Part shown: piece after piece, positions 1 through 10,315 of the stretch
Numbering within the stretch: position 1 is the stretch's first letter
How the letters are laid out: each line of letters starts with the position of its first letter
Source: Candidatus Aminicenantales bacterium
Lineage (GTDB): Bacteria > Acidobacteriota > Aminicenantia > Aminicenantales > UBA4085
DNA: 64,000 bases
Assembly (NCBI GenBank): GCA_049515535.1
Contig: JBEKTZ010000014.1
Span: forward strand, 1-64,000
Direction: 5' to 3'
Notes under the pieces: generated by a model
The model's database searches: none
What the model saw: only the letters and a program-made list of their open reading frames with translations
Told to the model about the DNA's origin: nothing
Made by a program: the position numbers and the translations under genes

Positions 1-8
1 GCATAGGG

Positions 9-109
9 CGAGAAAGGGAGGCAGGGCGACGCCGTTTTGTACCCTAGAGTACAAAACGGTGTGCCCGTTGGAAGGGGGAAACGCGAAGCGGGTTCCCCCT
101 CCAAATTGA
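9..109 (+). repeat. Hairpin repeat family A, copy 1 (may extend beyond the window start)
   Basis: 99/101 identical to 17785-17885; contains stems CCGTTTTGTAC..GTACAAAACGG and TTGGAAGGGGGAA..TTCCCCCTCCAA. Confidence 0.9.
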
Positions 110-211
110 ACGCGCCCGGCCGGAGAAAGATCGCTTTTTTATGAAAACGCGAGAGGCTTCCCATTTGATAATATCTGTTTTCTTCCGTAGAAATTTTGTA
201 TAATCAATACG

Positions 212-1330
212 ATGGATAATGTGAATGCGGTCCTTGTCCACGACTGGCTGACCGGCCAGCGAGGGGGAGAAAAAGTTCTCGAGGCCCTGGCCGAGATTTT
301 CCCCAAAGCCCCCATTTATACGCTCTTCCATTTTCCCGGCAGCCAGATCGACGCGGTCGAGAAAAGAGTCCTAAAAACGAGCTTCCTCCAGCGGATGCCG
401 TTTCTCAAGAGACACTACCGCTGGTACCTGCCTCTTTTCCCGATGGCCGCCGAGCTTTTCGATCTCCAGAGATATGATCTTGTCATTTCGACCTCGCACT
501 GCGTCGTCAAAGGCGTCATTCCGCATCCCGACGCCCTCCATGTTTCTTATATCTTTTCCCCCGTCCGCTACGCCTGGAACCAATATGATTCGTATTTTTC
601 GCGCAACAAGCTCTCTTTTTTCTCCAATCTTTTCATCCCGCCGCTGATCCATTACTTGCGGATATGGGACGTGACCTCATCCGCCAGGGTCGATCATTTC
701 GTCGCCGATTCCCGATGCGTCGCCCGCCGGGTCGAAAAATATTACCGCCGCCGGGCCGATGTCATTTATCCGCCCGTCGACACGGAATTTTTCCGGCCGC
801 CGGACGCGGCCCCGGCCAAAAACTATGATTTGATCGTTTCGGCTCTCGTGCCTTACAAGATGATCGACCTGGCCATATCCGCCTACAACCGCATCGGCTG
901 GCCTCTCAAGGTCGTCGGCCAGGGCCCCGAATACAAAAAGCTGCGCAAGCAGGCGGGGCCGAACGTCGAATTTTTCGGGTCCCTCGGCGCGGACGATCTT
1001 CGCCGCCTTTACCAGGGCGCGCGGGCCTTTATCCTGCCCGGCGAGGAAGACTTCGGCATTACCGCCCTCGAGGCCCAGGCGTGCGGCGCTCCCGTTGTGG
1101 CTTATGGCCGGGGAGGCGCGCGTGAAACGGTCCTCGATGGGAAAACCGGCCTGTTTTTCTATGAGCTTAAGACCTCCAGTCTCGTGGACGCGCTTGACAA
1201 ATTCAAGGCCTTGGAATTTAATGAAATGACCCTTCGCTCCCACGCGTTGGGCTTCTCGCGGGACATTTTTAAAGAAAAGGCAGCGGCTTCCATTCGTCAG
1301 AAATGGCAGGCGTTTAAGGAATCGACGTGA
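212..1330 (+). CDS. Glycosyltransferase family 4
   Basis: N-terminal HDWLTGQRGGEKV; C-terminal EDFGITALEAQACGAPV (Ex7E motif). Confidence 0.93.
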   Translation: MDNVNAVLVHDWLTGQRGGEKVLEALAEIFPKAPIYTLFHFPGSQIDAVEKRVLKTSFLQRMPFLKRHYRWYLPLFPMAAELFDLQRYDLVISTSHCVVKGVIPHPDALHVSYIFSPVRYAWNQYDSYFSRNKLSFFSNLFIPPLIHYLRIWDVTSSARVDHFVADSRCVARRVEKYYRRRADVIYPPVDTEFFRPPDAAPAKNYDLIVSALVPYKMIDLAISAYNRIGWPLKVVGQGPEYKKLRKQAGPNVEFFGSLGADDLRRLYQGARAFILPGEEDFGITALEAQACGAPVVAYGRGGARETVLDGKTGLFFYELKTSSLVDALDKFKALEFNEMTLRSHALGFSRDIFKEKAAASIRQKWQAFKEST

Positions 1331-2793
1331 TCGCCAAGAACCGGGCCCGGGTGGTCGGGCTCTTCATTGCCAGCGATGTTCTCGCCATCATTCTCTCCTA
1401 TCTTTGGTCATATCTCTTCCGGTTCAATACGATCACCTATCTCTTCCCCGTGGATCCGGCCAAAGGAGTCCCCGCCTTCGGTTCGTACCTCCTCGTCCTG
1501 CCCCTGTTCATCGGCACGCACATGGCGATCTTCTTTTTCCAGGGCTTTTATAAAAGCCGGCTGCGACGGACGAAGCTCGACGACTTTTTCTTCATCAGCC
1601 TCAACGCGATCCTCACCATCCTGGTCGACATGGCCATCCTGAATTCCGTCATCGGCTACAGCCGCGGCGGCCGGCCGTCGGCTTTCGGCTTCAGGATCGA
1701 GCGGCCGTCCCTCTTTTTTCTGATCCTGTATTTCGTCGGGGTCATCTTCGCGATTTCGATCCTTCGCAACCAGATCTATTACATCATGAAACGGCGCTAT
1801 GCCCGCGGGATCAACCTCCAAAACGTCCTGGTCGTGGGAGCCGGAGAGATGGGCCTTTCTATCGCCCAAAAGCTCTACCAATATAAAGACCTGGGGTTCG
1901 TCGTCAAAGGCTTCTTGGCCGACGAACGGAAGGCCGGCGACATGATCAGGATCGACGGAGAGTTCGTGCCGGTGCTGGGCGGGATCGACGACATCTCCCA
2001 GGTCATCGAGGATCACAACGTGCAGGAAATCTATGTCGCCCTGGACCTCGGCAATTATCCGAAGATCCTCGAAACGATCCAGATCATGAACAAGTACCCG
2101 GTCAGCGTCCGTCTCATTCCCGACCTCTTCCAGCTCCTGACCCTCAAGGCCAATATCCAGGACCTGGACGGCTTCCCCGTCATTTCGATCGATGACGTGC
2201 CTCTCAGGGGCGTGCGACGGATCGTCAAAAGGATGGCCGATTTCGTGATTTCGGGATTGGGCTTGCTGTTCCTTTCCCCCTTTTTCCTGATCCTCGCCGC
2301 GCTCATCAAGCTGACCTCGAAAGGGCCGATCTGGTACCATCAAGAGCGCGTCGGCGTGGACGGGAAGCATTTCATCATCCACAAATTCCGGACCATGATC
2401 TGCGACGCCGAGAAGGCCACGGGCCCGGTCATGTCCCGGCCGACCGATCCGCGGATCACCAGGATCGGGAGGCTGATGCGCAAATACAGCCTCGACGAGT
2501 TACCCCAGCTCGTCAACGTTTTCCGCGGTAAGATGAGCCTGGTCGGACCGCGGCCCGAGCGCCCCGAGTTCGTCAAAGAATTCACCGAAAAGATCCCCAA
2601 GTACATGCTCCGCCACAAGATGAAATCCGGCATAACGGGCTGGGCGCAAGTCCACGGTCTCCGACAAGGCACGTCCATCGAGAAGCGGCTGGAGCACGAT
2701 TTCTATTACATTCAGAACTGGTCGTTCGCCCTCGACCTCAAGATCCTCTGGATGACCTTCCGCAAAGGGTTCATCGACAAAAGCATCGAGTAG
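1327..2793 (+). CDS. wcaJ: Undecaprenyl-phosphate sugar phosphotransferase (WcaJ/WbaP family priming transferase)
   Basis: N-terminal TM helices, VVGAGEMG Rossmann-like segment, C-terminal KFRTM..DPRIT..SLDELPQL..MSLVGPRP..GITGWAQV. Confidence 0.9.
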   Translation: MIAKNRARVVGLFIASDVLAIILSYLWSYLFRFNTITYLFPVDPAKGVPAFGSYLLVLPLFIGTHMAIFFFQGFYKSRLRRTKLDDFFFISLNAILTILVDMAILNSVIGYSRGGRPSAFGFRIERPSLFFLILYFVGVIFAISILRNQIYYIMKRRYARGINLQNVLVVGAGEMGLSIAQKLYQYKDLGFVVKGFLADERKAGDMIRIDGEFVPVLGGIDDISQVIEDHNVQEIYVALDLGNYPKILETIQIMNKYPVSVRLIPDLFQLLTLKANIQDLDGFPVISIDDVPLRGVRRIVKRMADFVISGLGLLFLSPFFLILAALIKLTSKGPIWYHQERVGVDGKHFIIHKFRTMICDAEKATGPVMSRPTDPRITRIGRLMRKYSLDELPQLVNVFRGKMSLVGPRPERPEFVKEFTEKIPKYMLRHKMKSGITGWAQVHGLRQGTSIEKRLEHDFYYIQNWSFALDLKILWMTFRKGFIDKSIE

Positions 2794-2832
2794 CGCGTCT
2801 ATTTTCGAGAGGAAATCCGTTCTTCCGGGGTG

Positions 2833-3444
2833 CTATCGTCCTATCCTCCGGTGCCGGCGGAGTGTGGCCAAGCCATAGACGAAATAATGGGTGCCGGAAG
2901 CCAGCGTGACCAATAAAGTGAGCCGATATATCCAGATCATGTACCAAGGCGAGACCCGGAGATAGTTCAACAAAAGAACGAGAAATACCGTTCCGACCTG
3001 GCCGACCGTGGTGATTTTCCCCAGAATCGAAGGCGCGAATGTTTTTTCGCCCCACGACAGGAAGGCGATCAGAGCCCCGGTCACGATCAGCAGGTCCCGG
3101 GCGAAAACGACCACGGTCAACCACAGCGGGATGGCATTCGGCTTCGCCACCAAGGGCAGCGTCAGAATCACGTACGACGTGGCCATCAACAGCTTGTCGC
3201 CGGCCGGGTCCAGGACCATCCCGAGTTTCGATCGCTGATGCCAGACCCTGGCCGTGAAGCCGTCGAGCAGGTCGGTGAGCCCGGCGAGGAAAAAGATCAA
3301 GAGGGCTTCCAAGGACATCCCTTTCAACAAGGACCAGAGAAAAATGGGCACGAGAAGAATGCGAAAAATGCTCAGAAGATTGGGAACCGTGATGATATCG
3401 GATCTGAGGTCCTTCGCTTTGTCACTGCCGATGCCGTCGTTCAT
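2833..3444 (-). CDS. CDP-alcohol phosphatidyltransferase (PgsA-like)
   Basis: TVPNLLSIFR and DLLDGFTAR..G..LDPAGDK signature. Confidence 0.92.
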   Translation of the reverse strand: MNDGIGSDKAKDLRSDIITVPNLLSIFRILLVPIFLWSLLKGMSLEALLIFFLAGLTDLLDGFTARVWHQRSKLGMVLDPAGDKLLMATSYVILTLPLVAKPNAIPLWLTVVVFARDLLIVTGALIAFLSWGEKTFAPSILGKITTVGQVGTVFLVLLLNYLRVSPWYMIWIYRLTLLVTLASGTHYFVYGLATLRRHRRIGR

Positions 3445-4769
3445 GGGGTCGACTTTATCAAGCTCAGCAGGAGATCCAGAATTCTGATCGCTTCCGGTCC
3501 GGGGACACCGAGTTCAGGCTTGAACGTCCGGTCGGGCGCGAGGTCCATGATCTGCCAGGATATAACCTGGGCGATCGGCTGGTAATTGAAATTCTCCTGA
3601 GGGACGTCGGCGATCTTGATCCGGTCGAGCGGGATCTGCTCCACGACCTGGTAGCCTCGCTTGTTGAGGAACGCGACCAGGTGGACAAGGGTTTCGGCCA
3701 TTTCGGCGCGCGTCATCGTTTTTCTGGGCTGAAAGGTGCGATTGGAATAGACATCCATGATCTCATAGGTCGCGACCCGGATGATGTGTTGGAACGCCCA
3801 GGACATCGCGATATCGACGATGACCGGAGGCTTGGGCTGCGCCTCATCCAGGATGTCTTTGAATTTGACACTGATGAGGGCGGCCACATCCTCTTTGGCC
3901 ACGGCGCCGAGGGAAGCGATGTTGGCGTACTGGCTGGGGAGCTCCGCGACGCCCAGGTGATTTTTAATGTCGTCCGCGTGGTCCTTGGCCGCTTTATTCT
4001 GGGGATCGAGCTCGAGAAGGCGGGCGTAGGCATCCAGGCTTTTGGACATCTGCCCCGCCTGGTAAAGAGCGTCGGCATAATCCTGGAGAATGTCTTTGTT
4101 CTTCGATTCGTTTGCGTTCGCCGTCTTGAGATGGAAGAGAGCGTTCTGATAATTCTTTTCCTTGATGTAAATCCGGGCGAGGGCCAAGTGCGCTTCCTGG
4201 AGTCTCGGCGAATATTCGAGGGCCCTGAGATAGGCCTCCTTGCTTTTCGTCAAGTTGCCGAGCGCCGCGAAATTCTTGGCCTCAGCCATGAGAGCCTCGG
4301 TCTTCATGCGGCCGATGGCCTCGGATTCCTTCCGGGCCCAGGAGTTTTCGGGATCTCTTTTAAGGACTTCGAGATATTCATTGTAGGCCGATTCCAGCAG
4401 CCCCGTTTTTTTGTAGACCTGGCCGAGTCCCTGATGGCCCAGCGGAAGATCGGGATAATCCCGGACGGAGCGCAAGAAATGCTGTTCCGCCGCCTGAAGA
4501 TTGCCCGCCAGGAGCGCGGCGTAGCCCATACCGGCCGAATAAAAGGAGTTCGTGGGGCCGAGCTTCAGGAGCACTTTTTCGGCCTTGGCCGATTTGTCCT
4601 CCCGGAGATACGTCCATGCCTCCTCGACGGCGAGGCGCTCGTCGAGGGAGAGTTCCGCGGAATAGGACGGCGTCGGGCTCTCGATATATGTCGAGGGCGG
4701 TGGAGGCGCTACGGTCGCGCACGCCGTCCATCCGATCACGAGAAAGCCCACCGCGCCTATTTTTTTCAC
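3441..4769 (-). CDS. TPR-repeat lipoprotein with C-terminal SLH-like motifs
   Basis: GTG start overlaps hflX stop (GTGA); signal peptide ending WTAC; TPR-like helices; TFQPRKTMTRAEMA and TFKPELGV SLH-like motifs. Confidence 0.75.
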   Translation of the reverse strand: MKKIGAVGFLVIGWTACATVAPPPPSTYIESPTPSYSAELSLDERLAVEEAWTYLREDKSAKAEKVLLKLGPTNSFYSAGMGYAALLAGNLQAAEQHFLRSVRDYPDLPLGHQGLGQVYKKTGLLESAYNEYLEVLKRDPENSWARKESEAIGRMKTEALMAEAKNFAALGNLTKSKEAYLRALEYSPRLQEAHLALARIYIKEKNYQNALFHLKTANANESKNKDILQDYADALYQAGQMSKSLDAYARLLELDPQNKAAKDHADDIKNHLGVAELPSQYANIASLGAVAKEDVAALISVKFKDILDEAQPKPPVIVDIAMSWAFQHIIRVATYEIMDVYSNRTFQPRKTMTRAEMAETLVHLVAFLNKRGYQVVEQIPLDRIKIADVPQENFNYQPIAQVISWQIMDLAPDRTFKPELGVPGPEAIRILDLLLSLIKSTP

Positions 4770-6028
4770 CACGGTTTTTCTCCTCGTTCGAGATAGGCCG
4801 CGTAGGGGATCATGAGTTCCGGATCGGCCATGATCTGCCATTCGAAAAAATCCCCGTTCTCCCGCCGTTTCATGACGAGCGTCCATTTCGGCATGGAATC
4901 GATCACATCCTTTTGGTCTTTCGGAATACGCACATAAAATAATTGGAGTCGCTTGAAAAGTAAAGAGCGGAGTTGATCTTTGAGAATGGGAATCCCTTCC
5001 CCCGTCGCCGCGGAAATGTTGAAGCCTTCCGTCCCGGCCTGGCCGTTTCTCTTCAGAAGCTCTTCCTTTTCAGGCAGGAGGTCGATTTTATTGTAAACTT
5101 TGACTAGGGGAATATCGCCGGCTCCGATATCTTCCAGGATCCGGGCGACCGCTTCTTCCTGCCCCTCCGAGCCCGGGGAGGCCCGGTCGATGACGTGGAG
5201 GATGGCGTCGGCCTCGTTGACCTCCTCAAGAGTGGCCTTGAATGAACTGACGAGCTCGACGGGCAGCTTTTTGATGAATCCGACCGTATCGCTTAGGAAA
5301 TAATACAACCCATCGGAGAAATAAGCGCGGCGGACCAGCGGATCGAGGGTCGCAAAAAGCTGTGGCGAGGTGAAGGCGTTTTCCTGGGCCAGCTGGTTGA
5401 AGAGCGTCGATTTTCCGACGCTCGTGTAGCCGACCAGGGCCACGAGCGGAATGAGGCTTTTCTTCCGGTTCTGCCGCTGATCCGACCGTCTCTTCTGGAC
5501 GTTTTTGATCGCGCGCTTGATCCTGGCGATGCGGTCCTGGATGCGCCGGCGGTCCACCTCCAATTTCTGTTCTCCGGGGCCGCGGGTCCCGATGCCGCCT
5601 CCGAGGCGGGAAAGCGACGCGCCTTGGCCGACGAGGCGCGGAAGGAGATAACTGAGCTGGGCCAACTCTACCTGGAGCTTGCCTTCGTTCGACTTCGCCC
5701 GTTGGGCGAAGATATCCAGGATGAGCTGCGTCCGATCGACGACTTTCAGATCCAGCGTTTTTTCCAGGCTGCGCAATTGGGCGGGACGCAGGCTGTGGTC
5801 GAAGATGACCAGGCCGGCGTCAATCTCGTTCGCGATCCGCTTGATCTCCTCGACTTTGCCTTCGCCGATGAAGTACTTGGGGCTGATCGCCGGCCGGACC
5901 TGAAAGGCCTTTTCGACGACACGGGCGCCGGCGGCCCTGGCCAGCCCCGCAAGCTCGTCCATGGACTCTTCGGCTTCGAGTTTTTGCTTTTTGTTGATCG
6001 CGAGATTGACGAGGATCGCTTTTTCCAT
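4766..6028 (-). CDS. hflX: GTPase HflX
   Basis: GIGTRGPGEQKLEVDRR, GYTSVGKST, LFATLD, DTVGFI, NKID. Confidence 0.97.
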   Translation of the reverse strand: MEKAILVNLAINKKQKLEAEESMDELAGLARAAGARVVEKAFQVRPAISPKYFIGEGKVEEIKRIANEIDAGLVIFDHSLRPAQLRSLEKTLDLKVVDRTQLILDIFAQRAKSNEGKLQVELAQLSYLLPRLVGQGASLSRLGGGIGTRGPGEQKLEVDRRRIQDRIARIKRAIKNVQKRRSDQRQNRKKSLIPLVALVGYTSVGKSTLFNQLAQENAFTSPQLFATLDPLVRRAYFSDGLYYFLSDTVGFIKKLPVELVSSFKATLEEVNEADAILHVIDRASPGSEGQEEAVARILEDIGAGDIPLVKVYNKIDLLPEKEELLKRNGQAGTEGFNISAATGEGIPILKDQLRSLLFKRLQLFYVRIPKDQKDVIDSMPKWTLVMKRRENGDFFEWQIMADPELMIPYAAYLERGEKPW

Positions 6029-6029
6029 G

Positions 6030-6953
6030 TCAGTTCAGATCCTTTTTCACATGCCTCAGGATAGCGGCGAAATCATGGGGTGAGAACCATCGGACGCCGT
6101 CCATTTTCCGAAACCAGGTCATCTGCCGTTTGGCGTAATGGCGCGTGTCGATTTTGGTCCGCCGGGAGGCTTCGGCCAAACTCATCCGGCCGTTGAGGAA
6201 TTCGAGGACATATTTGTATCCGAGGGCGCGGAACGGCGGCGCCTTTTCGGGGATGCCGGAAGCGAGCAGCGTTTTCACTTCGTCCATCAGCCCTCGTTGG
6301 AACATGCCGTCCACGCGCATTTCTATCCTCCGATAGAGTTCTTCCCGCTCCAATTGTAATCCAATTTTGAGCGTTGCGAAATCCCCGAACCGGCTCCGCG
6401 TGCGGCGGAAATGCTCCGTGATCGGCGTTCCGGTCACGGCCTGAACTTCGAGCCCGCGGATGATCCTGACGAGGTCCTTCGGTCCGATCTTCGCCGCATA
6501 GGCGGGGTCCACGGTTTCGAGGCGGTGCCAGAGAGAAGCGGACCCTTTTTCCCGAGCTTCCTCGGAAAGGGCCCGGCGCAGGGATTCGTCTTTGGCTGGC
6601 CCGGGAAAAAGCCCGTCCAACAAGGCTTTGAAATACATCCCTGTTCCCCCCACGATGAGGGGGAGGCTGCCGCGGCGTCCGATGGCGGTCACGGCGGCGA
6701 AGGCCAGGCCGGCGAAATCGGCGGCCGTAAACTGCGTCGAAGCGTCGATGATGTCGAGGAGATGATGGGGGACTTTCCGGCGATCCTCGGCGCACGGTTT
6801 GTCCGTGCCGATGTCGAATCCCTTATAAACCTGTATGGAGTCGCAATTGATGATCTCGCCGCGGATTTTTTCGGCCAGGGCGAGCCCCACGGAGCTTTTG
6901 CCGACGCCGGTCGGGCCGACAATGAGGATGATGATTTTTTTGTCAGGCAACAA
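6030..6953 (-). CDS. miaA: tRNA dimethylallyltransferase
   Basis: GPTGVGKS, DSIQVYKGFDIGTDKP, VGGTGMY, YAKRQMTW. Confidence 0.97.
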   Translation of the reverse strand: MLPDKKIIILIVGPTGVGKSSVGLALAEKIRGEIINCDSIQVYKGFDIGTDKPCAEDRRKVPHHLLDIIDASTQFTAADFAGLAFAAVTAIGRRGSLPLIVGGTGMYFKALLDGLFPGPAKDESLRRALSEEAREKGSASLWHRLETVDPAYAAKIGPKDLVRIIRGLEVQAVTGTPITEHFRRTRSRFGDFATLKIGLQLEREELYRRIEMRVDGMFQRGLMDEVKTLLASGIPEKAPPFRALGYKYVLEFLNGRMSLAEASRRTKIDTRHYAKRQMTWFRKMDGVRWFSPHDFAAILRHVKKDLN

Positions 6954-7029
6954 TTTTGATCAGAAAATAGAGGGCCAAGAGCGTGAGGAGGATGAGCAAC
7001 GAGAATATTTGCTTGCGATTTATAGACAT
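6943..7029 (-). CDS. Putative 28-aa single-TM small protein (MSINRKQIFSLLILLTLLALYFLIKIVA)
   Basis: ATG with upstream GGAG; basic N-terminus then hydrophobic helix; bridges the upstream gene end and the miaA start; below the ORF-track size cutoff. Confidence 0.5.
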   Translation of the reverse strand: MSINRKQIFSLLILLTLLALYFLIKIVA

Positions 7030-8135
7030 CCGATCTTCTCCATGTTTTTGACCAGGGTGGTTTCGTGGGCGCCGCCCAGGGATTTCTTGACCGCAAGGAC
7101 TTCGGCCACGAGAATCTCATCATAGCCTTTGCGCAGGGATTTGAACAGCTCTTCGGGAAGGTGACTGGCGGTCGCGGTCACGGCGGAATCGACCTCGATC
7201 CGGCCGTCCGGAAGGAGTCTCATTTTTTTGAACAGCGGTCCCAGCCCGAGCCTGATCTCCTCGAGGCAGTTGCCGAGAATCGTGTGGGCGAGAGGGCCGA
7301 TTTGCTTGGTGATGTATTTGTGGATATAGGCGCATTTTTCGTTCAGGGCGTCCAGGATCCTTTCCGGCTCCGCGGCCGGTGGTTCCTTCGCTTGGTCGTC
7401 GGGCCGGCCCTTACCCCTTTTTTCGGGCACGGCCAGGATATCCATGCAGACGAACGCGAAAAGAGTCTTTTGGCTTTCCTTTTTCCCGATCTCGCACAGC
7501 CCGTGAAACCCCTTGAGATTCACGGCATGGTGAAGGACGTCGAGAACGTATTTTTCATGCGGTTCGAAGTTCAGTCTGTGCAGGAAATAGGGAGAGGACA
7601 CATAGATCGGATCCTCCTCGGCCGGGAGGTGCTGCTCGATGAGGCGGACGTTCCGCATCTGGCGGACGCCCTGCAGGATGAGATCGTGAGTCTGGAGAAA
7701 ACCCAGCCGTTCGCCTCCGGGGAGCGATGCGCCCGATTCGAAGGAAAAGCGTCCTTCCTCCCAGTCGAAGAAGGAAAAGAGCCGGCGGACGAAGAACGAT
7801 TCGATCAAATTCCACAGAGGGAGGGGCGAGATCAGGCCGAGATCGCTGAGGGCTTTGATCCGGGAGATCATGTGAGCGCCCGCGAACCGGTCGCATTGCC
7901 TCACTTTTTCCGCGGGGAGGACTTTTTTTTTGACGAGAGCGGAGAGGAATTCCTTCTCGGAGAGAGCGGTCTTTTCGATGACGATCCGGCCGTTCTCGAT
8001 ATGGAGGCTTTTGGCCTCTTCGCCTTTTTGGAGATTGAGCCGACCAGAGCCTTCCTGCCGCCAGATTCTGAAAAGAAGACGGGGAAACGGCGTTTCGAGA
8101 AATGTCCCGTCAATGGGGAGGAGGGAGCGGGTCAT
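7020..8135 (-). CDS. DUF4388-like domain protein
   Basis: N-terminal IDGTFLETPFPRLLFRIWRQEGSGRL..LHIENGRIV and FDWEEGRFSF pattern. Confidence 0.7.
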   Translation of the reverse strand: MTRSLLPIDGTFLETPFPRLLFRIWRQEGSGRLNLQKGEEAKSLHIENGRIVIEKTALSEKEFLSALVKKKVLPAEKVRQCDRFAGAHMISRIKALSDLGLISPLPLWNLIESFFVRRLFSFFDWEEGRFSFESGASLPGGERLGFLQTHDLILQGVRQMRNVRLIEQHLPAEEDPIYVSSPYFLHRLNFEPHEKYVLDVLHHAVNLKGFHGLCEIGKKESQKTLFAFVCMDILAVPEKRGKGRPDDQAKEPPAAEPERILDALNEKCAYIHKYITKQIGPLAHTILGNCLEEIRLGLGPLFKKMRLLPDGRIEVDSAVTATASHLPEELFKSLRKGYDEILVAEVLAVKKSLGGAHETTLVKNMEKIGCL

Positions 8136-8250
8136 GGCTTTAATGTAGCTTGAGACCAGATTTGTGTCAATTGAAGATCGGCCTGACTGTACTTCGGTCA
8201 GAAGATCGGCGATGAACCGACCTGGAGGAAGCGATTTTAAAAAACCAAAA

Positions 8251-8952
8251 TCAGGGTCCCTTCCGGACTTCCTTTTCGAGCTTCCCGTCCTTGAGGAAGA
8301 GGATGCGCTCCGTCTGTTGGGCCACGTTCGAATCGTGGGTCACCATGATGATCGTGTTGCCGCTCTCGTGCAATTTGTGGAAAAGATTGAGGATTTCCTG
8401 GCCGGTTTTGGAATCGAGGTTGCCTGTCGGCTCATCGGCCAGGATGAGCGAAGGCTCGTTGACCAGCGCCCGGGCGATGGCCACCCTCTGGCGCTCGCCG
8501 CCCGAGAGCTCCGGGGGACGGTGATCCATACGCTCTTTCATATCGACGCGCTCGAGGGCCCGGCGGACTTTCTCCTCCCGGTCCTTCTTTTTCATGCCCT
8601 TGTAGATGAGAGGAAGCTCGACGTTACGGAGCGCCGTCGCCCGGGGCAGGAGGTTGAACACCTGGAAAACGAAGCCGATCTCCCGGTTCCGGATATAGGC
8701 CAGCTCGTTCTCGGTCATCGTGCTCACGAGCTTGCCGTTAAGGACGTATTTGCCTTCGGTGGGGGTATCGAGGCAGCCGAGGAGGTTCATCAGCGTGGAT
8801 TTGCCCGACCCCGACGGCCCCATGATGGCCATAAATTCGTTTCTCTGGACGTCGAACGTGACCCCGGAGAGCGCTTTGACCTGGGTCTTGCCCAGCTCAT
8901 AGATCTTGCCGATGTTCTCGATCGATATGATGGGGCTGTTCGCGCCGCTCAT
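8251..8952 (-). CDS. ABC transporter ATP-binding protein (MacB/LolD-like)
   Basis: [33 protein letters not shown]. Confidence 0.95.
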   Translation of the reverse strand: MSGANSPIISIENIGKIYELGKTQVKALSGVTFDVQRNEFMAIMGPSGSGKSTLMNLLGCLDTPTEGKYVLNGKLVSTMTENELAYIRNREIGFVFQVFNLLPRATALRNVELPLIYKGMKKKDREEKVRRALERVDMKERMDHRPPELSGGERQRVAIARALVNEPSLILADEPTGNLDSKTGQEILNLFHKLHESGNTIIMVTHDSNVAQQTERILFLKDGKLEKEVRKGP

Positions 8953-10181
8953 TTTTTCTCTTCTTGTTTTTTAGCCTCGGTCTTGATCAGGACGCCGTCC
9001 TTGAGCTGGCGGAGCGCGTCGTAGGGGCCGACCACGATGTCCTGCCCTTCGTTGAGGCCGGAGGAGATCTCGATCGTCAGTTCGCCCGTGATGCCTTTCT
9101 TGACCGGGACAAATTTGACCCGGCTGTTTTCGACGATATAGATGCCCTCCTCTTCCCCGGCGCCCTTGCTCGTGCTCGGCGCGGCCGTGGCCGCGTCCGC
9201 TTTCTTCTCTCGGATGACGAGGGCCGAGATCGGGACGGCTAAAACCTGCTTTTTCTCGGCGGTGATGATGTCGGCCGAGGCGGATAGCCCCGGCTTCAGG
9301 AGCTTCGAGGGATTTTCGAGGGTGACCACGACCTTGAAATCCTTGGATTCCTGCGTCGTCGTAGTGGCTCCGACTTTTGGCAGCGCGGAGCTTCCGATCT
9401 CTGTGACTTTGCCCTTGATGACCTGGTTCGGGAAGGCGTCGACGCGAATGTTGGCCGTCTGGCCGAGCTCGACGCCGACCACGTCGGTCTCGTCGACCTG
9501 GACCTCGACTTCCATGACCGAAAGGTCCGCAATGGTCATAAGGACGGTCCCGGGATTGTTCATGGTCCCGATAATGGCCATTTCGCCCTCCTCGGCGCGG
9601 CGGCTCGTGATGATGCCGTCGATGGGAGAAGTGAAGGCCGTCTTGCCCAGGATGTCCATCGTACTCTTGAGGGACGCCTGGGCCTGTTGAATCTGGAAAT
9701 TGATGGACCTGGCGCCGGCGTCGGAAATGTCGAGCTGGACTTTCGCCTGCTCGAGCTGCTCCTTGGAGATAAGTCCGTTGTCGTAGAGGTTCTTCTGCCG
9801 ATCGTAAAAGCTCTTGTTCTTCTCGAGCGTCATCTGGGCTTTGATGAGCTCGGCCTGGGACGATTGGATGAACGCGCGATCGCGCTCGGCGTTGGCTTCG
9901 TATTGCGTGGCGTCGAGCTTCAGGAGAAAATCGCCGGTCTTGACGACGTCGCCTTCCTTGACTCCTATTTTTTCGATCCTGCCCATGATGAGGGCGCTGA
10001 TGTTGATGCTCTTTTTGGGTTTGATCTCGCCCGAAGCGGAGATGATGGAGGTCAAATCGGTTTTTTTGACCTTTTCGATGCTGACCTTGACCGATTTCTC
10101 ACGCCGGGAGTTGTAGTTGAGGAGGACGATGAGTCCGATGATGACGACGGCGATGATGATGATAATGATTTTTCTCTTCAT
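8949..10181 (-). CDS. Efflux periplasmic adaptor (MacA/HlyD-like MFP)
   Basis: N-terminal TM anchor, lipoyl half-motifs [17 protein letters not shown] and SPIDGIIT, coiled-coil hairpin. Confidence 0.92.
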   Translation of the reverse strand: MKRKIIIIIIAVVIIGLIVLLNYNSRREKSVKVSIEKVKKTDLTSIISASGEIKPKKSINISALIMGRIEKIGVKEGDVVKTGDFLLKLDATQYEANAERDRAFIQSSQAELIKAQMTLEKNKSFYDRQKNLYDNGLISKEQLEQAKVQLDISDAGARSINFQIQQAQASLKSTMDILGKTAFTSPIDGIITSRRAEEGEMAIIGTMNNPGTVLMTIADLSVMEVEVQVDETDVVGVELGQTANIRVDAFPNQVIKGKVTEIGSSALPKVGATTTTQESKDFKVVVTLENPSKLLKPGLSASADIITAEKKQVLAVPISALVIREKKADAATAAPSTSKGAGEEEGIYIVENSRVKFVPVKKGITGELTIEISSGLNEGQDIVVGPYDALRQLKDGVLIKTEAKKQEEKK

Positions 10182-10315
10182 GGTTCACGCCTTTCAGGTC
10201 GCAATATCATAATATACTACGAATGAAAAGGCAAAAAGTTCAAAGGCGTCTCGGGCTGAGTCGCCGCGTTTCTCGAGTTGCCCAAAAGTGATGGAGTTGG
10301 TATGATATTTACACG

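Noticed and set aside
8173..8210. GAAGATCGGC direct repeat around a small hairpin as an insertion scar
   Set aside because: Single occurrence and too short to separate from chance or a terminator-like structure
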